The notes under the pieces were generated by a model. That model was not told where the DNA came from. It saw only the letters and a list, made by a program, of their open reading frames with translations, and did not search any database. Shown piece after piece: positions 9,418 through 17,901 of a DNA stretch of 63,433 bases. Source of the DNA: a virus (taxonomy: Duplodnaviria > Caudoviricetes). The position numbers were made by a program, and so were the translations under genes. The stretch is from positions 1-63,433 of IMG/VR virus record IMGVR_UViG_3300044609_000580; one strand, written 5' to 3'. Position 1 is the stretch's first letter; each line of letters starts with the position of its first letter.

Positions 9418-11112
9418 TTAGTAAGTTCCACCGTCGATATTGCCGAACGAAGGAGCAACGCCAGAACCACCAGATTTTAGAACCTGTCCAGCAGTACCAA
9501 CTGAAGTTGCTTGGATAGCAGAAGTTCCACTACCGAAGAGAACACCGTTAGCAGTTAAGGTTCCTACACCAGTACCACCGTTTGGAACACTGATTGCTGA
9601 AGCAAGGTTCGAAATTGTTCCGCCTTCAAGATTAGCAACGAGAGTAGCAATGGTATAACCAGTTGCGCCTGTGTTAACAGTGGTAGTTGGAGCAGATTGC
9701 GAATCCTTGAAGAGTTTCCACTTACCATCCGACGCATCGCGGAAGATACCCGAGTAAAGGTCTTGTGAACCGCTGGTGTCATACATACCGAACAGACCGA
9801 TGTCAACTGCGTCGGTTGCGTTATTGTCGTTACCAACGAATACGAGAGGATCGGTTACTGTTAGAGTTGTTGAGTTAACAGTGGTTGTTGTTCCAGAAAC
9901 CGTAAGGTTTCCAGCAACTGTTACGTTAGCACCCGAAAGTGTGAGAGCAGTAGTTCCACCTGACGACTTGATGTCATTACCAGTAACTGTTAGGTCACCA
10001 GCAACAGCAACGTTTGCACCGTCCATTGTTAGAGCAGTAGTTCCACCTGATGCCTTGATGTCATTACCAGTTACGGTAAGATCGCCAGCAACAGTAACAT
10101 CTGCACCACTTAGTGAGAGTGCAGTTGCAGAAGATGACTTAATGTCGTTTCCTGTAACTGTTAGGTCGCCAGCAACCGCAACGTCCGCACCCGAAAGAGT
10201 GATTGCAGTTGTGCCACCATTTGCTTTAATATCGTTACCGCCAACTGTTAGGTCGCCGACAAGAGCAACATCGTCTGTAAGAGCAACAGTAACTGCGCCA
10301 CCTTCAGAACCTGAACCTGAAACCGAAACTTGGTTTGCAGTTCCAGCGACAGTCGCAATATAGTTACCAGTTGTGTCAGTTCCAAGAGCAACCGAGTTAG
10401 CAGCAATCGAAGCAACACCTGATTCGCTGATTGTAATGTCGCCTGAAACCGCAGCGTAGATGTAATCGCCAATATCTTCAGCAGTAATCTTCTTGTTTGC
10501 AGTCGCCGAAGCATCATAAACAAGGAATTCGTCTGCATCAGCAAGTGATGTCAGAGCAGTAGCACCAGTAATATCAGCAACGATAGCAACTTGGTTGTCT
10601 GAAACTGTTGTTTTGACACCAGCTGAACCAGCAAAAGTTAGAGTTCCGCCAGTTGAGAAGGAATCAGTATTTGGAGTTCCTTGGTTGTCGCTGATTGTGA
10701 ACGACGACGAAGCAGGTGACGAGAATGCGAGTTGACCCGAACCGTTTGTGGTAAGGATCTGACCATCTGTACCGTCTGCAGTTGGGAGAACCAGAGTAAG
10801 ATCAGCAGCAAGTGTATCTGGTGCTTTCAGAGTTACTTTGTTGGAACCATTGTTTGTTCCTTCAGCAAAGGTTGCTTTGCCACCAACTGTTGTTGTTGCG
10901 TCGATAAGACGAGCATCAACCTTGTCTGTGAAATACTTACCACCAACTACATGAATGGCTTCGCTGCTACCTTCAACCGATTCGATGTAAAGTTTTGCAC
11001 CTGCGCCATTATTGCTGGCGTCTTGTGCGTATGCCATTTCCCCCTCAAGGAGAGCGGATGTTGATGGAGCAGTTGCACCTGAACTTCTTTTGATTTGAAT
11101 AATTGTTGACAT
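9418..11112 (-). CDS. Fibre-like virion protein with internal repeats
   Basis: IQIKRS N-terminus; four repeats of about 28-29 aa GDLTV(T/G)GNDIK...TALTLSGA(D/N)V; ends IDGGTY. Confidence 0.75.
   Translation of the reverse strand: MSTIIQIKRSSGATAPSTSALLEGEMAYAQDASNNGAGAKLYIESVEGSSEAIHVVGGKYFTDKVDARLIDATTTVGGKATFAEGTNNGSNKVTLKAPDTLAADLTLVLPTADGTDGQILTTNGSGQLAFSSPASSSFTISDNQGTPNTDSFSTGGTLTFAGSAGVKTTVSDNQVAIVADITGATALTSLADADEFLVYDASATANKKITAEDIGDYIYAAVSGDITISESGVASIAANSVALGTDTTGNYIATVAGTANQVSVSGSGSEGGAVTVALTDDVALVGDLTVGGNDIKANGGTTAITLSGADVAVAGDLTVTGNDIKSSSATALSLSGADVTVAGDLTVTGNDIKASGGTTALTMDGANVAVAGDLTVTGNDIKSSGGTTALTLSGANVTVAGNLTVSGTTTTVNSTTLTVTDPLVFVGNDNNATDAVDIGLFGMYDTSGSQDLYSGIFRDASDGKWKLFKDSQSAPTTTVNTGATGYTIATLVANLEGGTISNLASAISVPNGGTGVGTLTANGVLFGSGTSAIQATSVGTAGQVLKSGGSGVAPSFGNIDGGTY
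9880..10265 (-). repeat. Four degenerate coding tandem repeats of about 84-87 bp
   Basis: Repeated GDLTVTGNDIK units, visible in both protein and DNA. Confidence 0.75.
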
Positions 11113-11142
11113 TTAGACTTATCCCTTTGGTTTGTGCCTATT

Positions 11143-11358
11143 TTAATACGTTCCACCGTCTATATTATCTAATATCACTTCAGATGCAGGGTTTGCTGCT
11201 TCCCATTTTTTTGTTACGTTATTGTAAATTAATGTGTATCCATCTTGAACACCTTCTAGATCTACATCTGCCAGTGTCTCGACTTTGTTTGCCGTTTTTT
11301 TACTTACTATATTTGTATTTATAGTATTTGAAGTTCCTACAGTAACTTTAAGTGCCAT
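11143..11358 (-). CDS. Small virion protein ending IDGGTY
   Basis: LADVD...GYTLIYN...KWEA fibre-type motif; same C-terminal motif as neighbours. Confidence 0.65.
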   Translation of the reverse strand: MALKVTVGTSNTINTNIVSKKTANKVETLADVDLEGVQDGYTLIYNNVTKKWEAANPASEVILDNIDGGTY

Positions 11359-11687
11359 TATTTGGTTACCTCCGGATTAATTACGACGATTCCTTCAAGG
11401 ACTCGCAGCGTTTCACCATCGCCTGTAATTTCGATATCGTATACATATCTACCTGCTTTTATTGCTGATGTTTGAATAGCGGTCAATGAAATTGTAACCT
11501 CGCCATCTTCTGGTAGAGAAACCGCTGCAGTAAAATTTATAGAAGTATTAGTGTAATATGATTTGCGCATTTGTGCTGCTACAGTATAATCGGAAAGATC
11601 TTTCGGATCTCCATTCTGATCATTTACTACAAGAGATAAAGAAAAAGTTGTTCCCTGATCAATGTATATATTTTGAATTTGTGCCAT
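11358..11687 (-). CDS. BppU-N-like Ig-fold virion protein
   Basis: IDQGTTF...GRYVYDIEI...RVLEGIVVINPEVT pattern common in T4-like fibre clusters. Confidence 0.75.
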   Translation of the reverse strand: MAQIQNIYIDQGTTFSLSLVVNDQNGDPKDLSDYTVAAQMRKSYYTNTSINFTAAVSLPEDGEVTISLTAIQTSAIKAGRYVYDIEITGDGETLRVLEGIVVINPEVTK

Positions 11688-11714
11688 CTGGAACCCTTAT
11701 AAATTATACGGTAA

Positions 11715-11722
11715 TATTTATA
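11715..11722 (-). promoter_or_regulatory. T4-type late promoter TATAAATA for the fibre/neck operon
   Basis: Exact consensus in the divergent intergenic gap. Confidence 0.75.
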
Positions 11723-11737
11723 ATAACTGAGAATACT

Positions 11738-12415
11738 ATGCAAACGATCTTGATGTTAAAATATGGCAAAAAATATTCTGCGTCGGAAGTAAACAGAATA
11801 GTAAATGATACTGAGAGAAAATACAACTATGCTTGTATCACCGACGATCCAACAGACCTAGATCCAATCATAAAAATAATTCCAATGCCAGAGGGTATAG
11901 ACGGTCATTGGATTAAAATATGGATGTATACTCTAGAAGGGTTGGGAGACACTTTATATCTGGATCTTGATGTTAGAATACAAAAAAATATTGATCATTT
12001 GTGGAATTACCTTGACATTTATCCAACAATAGCGTATACTTATTGGAAGAATAAAGAGTTTCCGAATATTGTTGGGGAAACACATAGTATGCGCTTCTTG
12101 AGTAATTATAACTCAAGCGTCATGATGTGGAAAGAAGGTACTGTTAACCATATTTGGGAGCACTTTCAAACAGACCCAGATTACTTCATGGTTAAATACT
12201 TTGGTGATGATAGATTTTTATGGCATGAAGATTTTAGATTCAATTACTTTCCAAAGGGCGAGATTTATTCTTTTGTTTATGGAGCAGATTATTATGGAAT
12301 TGACGACCACAACGAATCATTTTACTATCGACCGAGTTACACGATAGCATTACTAAACGGATTGGATCAATTCCCTGGAGCAGATAAAGAATATGATGAA
12401 CTTCGTATGCATTAA
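11738..12415 (+). CDS. Glycosyltransferase-like protein (GT-A, DxD), paralog 1
   Basis: LKYGKKY, CITDD, LYLDLD, NSSVMMW and GDDRF motifs; start at MQTIL. Confidence 0.75.
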   Translation: MQTILMLKYGKKYSASEVNRIVNDTERKYNYACITDDPTDLDPIIKIIPMPEGIDGHWIKIWMYTLEGLGDTLYLDLDVRIQKNIDHLWNYLDIYPTIAYTYWKNKEFPNIVGETHSMRFLSNYNSSVMMWKEGTVNHIWEHFQTDPDYFMVKYFGDDRFLWHEDFRFNYFPKGEIYSFVYGADYYGIDDHNESFYYRPSYTIALLNGLDQFPGADKEYDELRMH

Positions 12416-13154
12416 GTGGGGTGATAAGTATCCCGCCAAATATGTAAATAATCTTTACAATATGGTAAAGAAAAATTATGCTCGCAATCCTGCGTCATAT
12501 ACTTTCACATGTTATACCGATGACGCAGAAGGGATTGAGTGTGACACTGCACCAATACCAGACGATGGTATTTTACACCCGAAGCATTGGTTTGAAAAAG
12601 AAACTTTCTGCTTTGACCGTGCAAAGTTCTTAGTATTCAATTCACATAATTGGTTGGGGTATAAGGGCAACTGGTGCTACTTTGATCTTGACGTAGTAAT
12701 CCAAGAAGATATAACTGATCTTGCAGAACTTGCGCAGAAACCTCGTATAATTTATTGTCGGTGGCAACCAGAATCGCAGAAACACGACAGATTGTTTATT
12801 GATATTCGAGGAACATTCTACAACTCAAGCATGATGACTTGGCCTGGTAAATCCTGTGAGCATATTTACAAAGATGCTATCGAGAATTCGGAATCGATAT
12901 TTAAAACTTTCTTCAAGGGAAGTGACAACTATCATTACTGGAGGCAAAGAGATTTCTGGAAGGATATTCCTGGTGGATGGGTCTATTCTTGGAACCGTGG
13001 TAAACATCATCCAGACGACGTAGAACGATTTAAGTTTCGATCAGATGCTAAGATTTGCTTGTTCAATACAGACAACGTACCACATCCATCAGCAAAAGAA
13101 CAACAAGAACTGTCTGACTGTCATGACGAAAATATTATTGGATTATGGAAATGA
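12393..13154 (+). CDS. Glycosyltransferase-like protein, paralog 2
   Basis: CIKWGDKY, CYTDD, YFDLDVVI, NSSMMTW and GSDNY motifs. Confidence 0.75.
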   Translation: MMNFVCIKWGDKYPAKYVNNLYNMVKKNYARNPASYTFTCYTDDAEGIECDTAPIPDDGILHPKHWFEKETFCFDRAKFLVFNSHNWLGYKGNWCYFDLDVVIQEDITDLAELAQKPRIIYCRWQPESQKHDRLFIDIRGTFYNSSMMTWPGKSCEHIYKDAIENSESIFKTFFKGSDNYHYWRQRDFWKDIPGGWVYSWNRGKHHPDDVERFKFRSDAKICLFNTDNVPHPSAKEQQELSDCHDENIIGLWK

Positions 13155-13972
13155 GAGTAAATTACGTTTGCTGTAAATGGGGTACCAAATATGATGCCGA
13201 TTTTGTCAATCGACTTTATCGAATGGCAAGGAAGCACACCCCAGATAACTTTGAGTTTCACTTCTATTGCTATACAGACAACAGTGAAGGTTTTGATAAT
13301 GAGATTAAAGTCATCGACTTCCCAGACATTCCCGACATCCACCCCAAATACTGGTTTGGATCAGATGATTTCAAATACGGCATGGCACGTTGTTGGGACA
13401 GACCAAAGACGTTCATCTTCAATACACATAACTTCGCAGACGATAAACCCACTGGAAGATTTGTCTTTTTCGACCTTGATGTTATCATTCAAAATGATTT
13501 GTCGCCGATCATCACTTATGACCTAGAGAATCCTACCAAGTTGCGTTCGTGGTGGCAAGACCCTCGACCTATGAAGTCTCGTAACTTTAAATTGGCGCAT
13601 GGCGCATATACCAATGGCAGTTGTATGGTGTGGTCAGATGATCAGACAGAATGTATCTGGCACGATGTTCTGGAACATCAAGAACGTATTTGGTTTACAT
13701 TCACCGACGGAACAGACAACTATCACAGTTGGCGTTGGGGAGACTTTAGCAACACTCCACTCTGGGCACACTTCCCAAGCACATTTGCCTATTCATACAA
13801 TCGTGGTCGTAACTGGCACGAAGACGATTTAGAAGTCGCTAAATATAGAAAAGACTGTATCCTCTGCGTATTTAATGTAGACCTGCTTCCGTTCAAGGAT
13901 AATAGCAGAGGTAAAGTGAAGCAGGAGTCCTTAGTTGACCCTGATCTGTTAGAACATTGGAACGTAGAATGA
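13151..13972 (+). CDS. Glycosyltransferase-like protein, paralog 3
   Basis: CCKWGTKY, CYTDN, FFDLDVII, NGSCMVW and GTDNY motifs; ATGA overlap with the previous stop. Confidence 0.75.
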   Translation: MRVNYVCCKWGTKYDADFVNRLYRMARKHTPDNFEFHFYCYTDNSEGFDNEIKVIDFPDIPDIHPKYWFGSDDFKYGMARCWDRPKTFIFNTHNFADDKPTGRFVFFDLDVIIQNDLSPIITYDLENPTKLRSWWQDPRPMKSRNFKLAHGAYTNGSCMVWSDDQTECIWHDVLEHQERIWFTFTDGTDNYHSWRWGDFSNTPLWAHFPSTFAYSYNRGRNWHEDDLEVAKYRKDCILCVFNVDLLPFKDNSRGKVKQESLVDPDLLEHWNVE

Positions 13973-14652
13973 TTAATATATACACAGTGAAGTGGGGATT
14001 TAAATATGATTCAGAACATGTTAATCTTATCCTCGAGCAATGTAAAGAACATATAACAACTGATTTCAATTTTTACTGTTTAACTGAACATTCTGTTGGT
14101 TTGCACCCAGAAGTCAATGTAATTCCTCTTCCTGCTGATAACTACTATGAAAAATGGTGGAATAAACTATACTTGTTTAATCGACGAGTCGTTCGACAAC
14201 AGGGCGAAAAACTATTTCTCGATTTAGATATTGGTATTCAAAATAATATTGATTGTATTGTAGACCACGATCCAGAAGATGGTTTAACTTTTGTTCGTAC
14301 TCACTGGCACAATATGAATAAAATGAAAGAGGATACGAAAGAGATTCCATACAAATATACGGATCTAAATTCTAGTGTGTTGAGATGGAACGACAGATTA
14401 GATATCGATAAGATTACCAAATTCGCTAGAGATTATCCTGATCAGATGTTTTATTATTATCGAGGTCTTGATAATCTTTTTGGTCATCAGAGAGATCGTC
14501 TACTAAAAATCAATCATTTCCCTGATGGTTGGGTATACAGTTACAACTACGGATATATTTGGCCGACAGATGTGAGAGAACAAGTTATCCGCGAAGAGCC
14601 TCTTATTTGTTTATATGATTCAATGGAAAGACCACAAGATGTTAAACTATAA
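13969..14652 (+). CDS. Glycosyltransferase-like protein, paralog 4
   Basis: VKWGFKY, WWNKLYLF, FLDLDI, NSSVLRW and GLDNL motifs; ATGA overlap. Confidence 0.75.
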   Translation: MINIYTVKWGFKYDSEHVNLILEQCKEHITTDFNFYCLTEHSVGLHPEVNVIPLPADNYYEKWWNKLYLFNRRVVRQQGEKLFLDLDIGIQNNIDCIVDHDPEDGLTFVRTHWHNMNKMKEDTKEIPYKYTDLNSSVLRWNDRLDIDKITKFARDYPDQMFYYYRGLDNLFGHQRDRLLKINHFPDGWVYSYNYGYIWPTDVREQVIREEPLICLYDSMERPQDVKL

Positions 14653-15298
14653 TTTTTTGAATAACTATCGTAATTGGGGTGATGGTCTGGATAAGATCAA
14701 TCATGAAATGCCTTGGAAACACGAAGACTTTCGCAAGTCTATGAACCCAAACACGATGGATGCTGCTATCTGGTTGGTGGAAAACCTACAGAGATTGACT
14801 CTAGATTCAAATCCTCTGGATATTACAATCCTAAATTCTTGGTTAGGATTTCCTCTGGTTCCACTTCTCTGTGAAAATCTGAATGTCAAGAAAATCAATC
14901 TGATTGATATTGATAAAGACGCACTAGAATTATCAAAGGTGTTTAATCGTCACTATAATGATGACAGGGACATCGAACTAAATCACATCAACTGGGATAT
15001 TCCCTTTGCTTATCATGACATCAATGCATTAGAAACAGATTTAGTTGTTTCTCTTTGCTGCGAGACCATGTATCCGTTAAAGAAAATGACAACCGCAAAT
15101 CCAGATTGTATTTTTGCTTGCCAGTCATCCAATGTATTCAAAGAGATGTATGGTATTAATTGTGTTCCGACTATAGAGGAACACATCGAAAATATCGGTG
15201 TTAGTGATGTTTTATATCAGGGACAAATAGAACAATCATATTGGTCTTGGGATGGCAAAGTAAACTTCGATCGCTTCATGGTAATAGGAACAAAGTAA
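14639..15298 (+). CDS. Class I SAM-methyltransferase-like protein with degenerate motif I
   Basis: ITILNSWLG, LIDIDKDA, SLCCETM, CQSSN and C-terminal RFMVIG match a phage methyltransferase-like family. Confidence 0.6.
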   Translation: MLNYNFLNNYRNWGDGLDKINHEMPWKHEDFRKSMNPNTMDAAIWLVENLQRLTLDSNPLDITILNSWLGFPLVPLLCENLNVKKINLIDIDKDALELSKVFNRHYNDDRDIELNHINWDIPFAYHDINALETDLVVSLCCETMYPLKKMTTANPDCIFACQSSNVFKEMYGINCVPTIEEHIENIGVSDVLYQGQIEQSYWSWDGKVNFDRFMVIGTK

Positions 15299-15299
15299 T

Positions 15300-16004
15300 A
15301 TGGCAAGAGCAAGGGTCGTTGCGCCACCACCACAAGATTATATTCCAGAACCACTAGTATCGACTCCTCCACTGGAAATTGTTGAAGAACAAGAGTGGAT
15401 AGACGGGAATATGCAAGAAGCGGTAGAGGTAGAAACAATTGAGCCTTCTCAAGAAGAACTTGATAGAGAAAGAATCGCACAAGAAAAACATGAAGAATTG
15501 CAGCGGCAGAAACTTGCAGTAGAAGAAGAATCGAAAATAGTAGCAGAAACAATTGCTAAAGCAAAAGAGATTGTAGAAAATCCTCCTGTCGTAATTGAAA
15601 CTGTTGTAGAAACTGTGCATGTGACAGATCCGCAATTGATGGAAGAATTGCGGATTCTTAGAGAAGTAAATGAAAAACTTGCCGCAGAAAAAAAGGCAGC
15701 AGAAAAGGCACGAGAAGATCAAATCGTAAAGATGCGCCAACAGGCAACTGACCAGAAAGGTAGTCAGTTGAACATGGTGCAGGCACGGAAACCTACTTTA
15801 TTGAGCAGAATAAAAGATTTCTTTAAACGCAGAAGAATTGAACTTGCTACCATTCCTCGCGCAAACTACGAACAAGCAATTATAAACCAAGCATCAGTTG
15901 CCGTTCCAAAGATGCTGGATGATATTGAAAAGATGCACGAAAGTTTGACTATCTTAGAAGAACTATTGGCAAAGCATAAAGAACGTCAAAAGATTAAAGA
16001 TTAA
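15300..16004 (+). CDS. Hypothetical Glu/Lys-rich coiled-coil protein
   Basis: Long ORF abutting its neighbour; helical composition. Confidence 0.65.
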   Translation: MARARVVAPPPQDYIPEPLVSTPPLEIVEEQEWIDGNMQEAVEVETIEPSQEELDRERIAQEKHEELQRQKLAVEEESKIVAETIAKAKEIVENPPVVIETVVETVHVTDPQLMEELRILREVNEKLAAEKKAAEKAREDQIVKMRQQATDQKGSQLNMVQARKPTLLSRIKDFFKRRRIELATIPRANYEQAIINQASVAVPKMLDDIEKMHESLTILEELLAKHKERQKIKD

Positions 16005-16678
16005 CCGAAGTGAGAAGCATCCTCGCCCGAGATGTCTTCGATCATGGAACGCCAGATATCGAGATGCGGAACAACGTAACCTAATGTCAATCTCTTTGCA
16101 GAATTGCCACAACAATGATAGATGATTTTATTTGGATCGCTGCGGTCGCCAAAATATCCAACCTTACATGACCATCCTTTTGGATCGACCATAGTAACAA
16201 CTTCTTTTGTTACTGGATCTAGGTAACGAAAGTAACCACCGTTTTCTTCTGAATTATATGTAATTAGAATATTATATCCTGCTGCATTCCAGTTGGTATG
16301 CCAACCCATAAAACCATTTTCAGGGTAGTATGTGAAGACCGCATTATTTTTTGCACCAAGGTAATACATCAATTCTTTATTAGTTTCTTGTTGCCTTCTT
16401 CCATATTCAGAAGGGAACCATGGTTGCCCATGCGCTGTGCCCATGTCGGTACACACTGCGACTTCTGGAAACCCAACATGTTTCTCGCCCTTGTTAACAA
16501 TATGATTTAAGTACTGCTGATCAGTAGCAGTATCCACATTCAATCCACCAGCACGCTTTTCTTGCATGTCTTGTGGTCCGAGAACAAGATGTTGATCATT
16601 TTGCTCAAAGAACCATTGGGTAAATGGTTCTAGAATATCACTTAGTTCTTTAGAAACTGAATTTGTAAATTGTAGCAT
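16001..16678 (-). CDS. 2OG-Fe(II) oxygenase / cupin-like protein
   Basis: YYPENGFMGWHTN, GGYFRY, YHCC and RLTLGY double-stranded beta-helix pattern; start at MLQFTN. Confidence 0.6.
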   Translation of the reverse strand: MLQFTNSVSKELSDILEPFTQWFFEQNDQHLVLGPQDMQEKRAGGLNVDTATDQQYLNHIVNKGEKHVGFPEVAVCTDMGTAHGQPWFPSEYGRRQQETNKELMYYLGAKNNAVFTYYPENGFMGWHTNWNAAGYNILITYNSEENGGYFRYLDPVTKEVVTMVDPKGWSCKVGYFGDRSDPNKIIYHCCGNSAKRLTLGYVVPHLDIWRSMIEDISGEDASHFG

Positions 16679-16689
16679 GTGTGTCCTGT

Positions 16690-17388
16690 TTAACTCAATA
16701 AGGAATGTGGAATTGTGTAATGATAAATTACTATTGGTTGACCCTGTAATTCTTCTTCTTTGTAACCTGAAACAAAGTTCCATCTGGCATCTGGGTCGGG
16801 GAATCTCGCAGTCTTGACACCAAAATCAAAGTGATTTAGTAGTCTCCACATTGTGAATGTGTCCCACTGCAGAGCAGATTCAGGATAATGCTTACGATCC
16901 CATCCTGGTTTATTCTGTTCCCAATACTCATCATACCAAGCACGCATTAGTTTTAGTGTATGATCATTATTTCGATAGACGAACAGACCACAATGCTCAG
17001 TCATTTCTTCAGTGTCTGAGAGTTTAGTTATTGCTGCATTGTATGGACGATTAGCAGTAAACAACACATCTACATCTTCGGGAATCTGATCAAAGATCTT
17101 AGTTATGTCTTCATGTTCAACTTCCGTATCACAATCCATGTAGACGGTCAAGTCATATGGTGTCTGATCAAGCGCCCACAGTTTTGCTCGCTTGTCTCTC
17201 GGAACATTTTCAGTAATGATTGTATCGAAGATTTCATAATCATCTGGTTGAACCCATTCTTCATGTGTAAAGAATGTGATATGTGCATCAGGATAAAAGT
17301 CGCGCAGAGATATAGCAGAATTCCTTGCTGCTCTGTAATACCCCTTTCTTACTGTTGCGACGTAGAGGAAACCATTATTCGGCATCAA
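16690..17388 (-). CDS. Nucleotide-diphospho-sugar transferase-like protein (GT-A)
   Basis: GFLYVATV, SAISLRDFYPDAHITFFT, TPYDLTVYMDCDT (DxD) and IYHYT motifs. Confidence 0.75.
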   Translation of the reverse strand: MMPNNGFLYVATVRKGYYRAARNSAISLRDFYPDAHITFFTHEEWVQPDDYEIFDTIITENVPRDKRAKLWALDQTPYDLTVYMDCDTEVEHEDITKIFDQIPEDVDVLFTANRPYNAAITKLSDTEEMTEHCGLFVYRNNDHTLKLMRAWYDEYWEQNKPGWDRKHYPESALQWDTFTMWRLLNHFDFGVKTARFPDPDARWNFVSGYKEEELQGQPIVIYHYTIPHSLLS

Positions 17389-17830
17389 CTGCTTCTCTGA
17401 TAATAGCAGTGTTTGCTTCTTCTTGCTGTAGAAGAATGACAGTATAGGCAGTTACTTCCATGATGTTCTTTGCTTTACGAATCTTAGACTTCAACTCGCG
17501 ATTCTTCGAGGACTTGATCAAGTCGATTTCAAATGCATCTAGTTTCGCAGCGAACAGTTGCTCTTGCTGCATACGTGTCTTATCAACTTTCTGCCGTTCA
17601 ATATTATGTTTGATATGTTGGTTGCGGTCATCAAACCGTTTCTTGGTATTCGCATCAATTTGCTCGACGCTAAACTTCTTCATCAATTCGTCAAAGTCAC
17701 GATTAGTTCCATCGTTCATAATCGATGCAGTTGCTCGTTTACCCGTATCAGGATAAACGAACTCTGCGATGACATGTTGTTTTTCTTTATTCGCCCAGTA
17801 AGGGTTTTCAATAGTTCGCGTAGTACTCAT
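17375..17830 (-). CDS. Hypothetical protein
   Basis: GGAG SD, clean ORF; LFAAKLDAFEIDLIKSSKNRELKSKIRKAK. Confidence 0.7.
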   Translation of the reverse strand: MSTTRTIENPYWANKEKQHVIAEFVYPDTGKRATASIMNDGTNRDFDELMKKFSVEQIDANTKKRFDDRNQHIKHNIERQKVDKTRMQQEQLFAAKLDAFEIDLIKSSKNRELKSKIRKAKNIMEVTAYTVILLQQEEANTAIIREAVDAE

Positions 17831-17862
17831 TCAAATCTCCATTAAAAAATATTTTTCTCACT

Positions 17863-17895
17863 ATTATATATACGCTATTTTATCCCAAAAGTCAA
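17863..17895 (-). promoter_or_regulatory. Sigma70-type promoter
   Basis: TTGACT-N17-TATATA (with adjacent TATAAT); CTTGACTT also occurs at 53411 and 55434. Confidence 0.6.
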
Positions 17896-17901
17896 GGGTT
17901 T

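Noticed and set aside
9776-10363. 195-aa + strand ORF and similar antisense ORFs over the fibre, baseplate and repeat genes
   Set aside because: They lie opposite well-supported genes and mirror their repeats
11558-11737. N-terminal extensions in the ORF track (also 16679-16783, 44891-44968, 52283-52348, 54536-54592)
   Set aside because: They overlap neighbouring genes or promoters; downstream starts fit the family N-termini better
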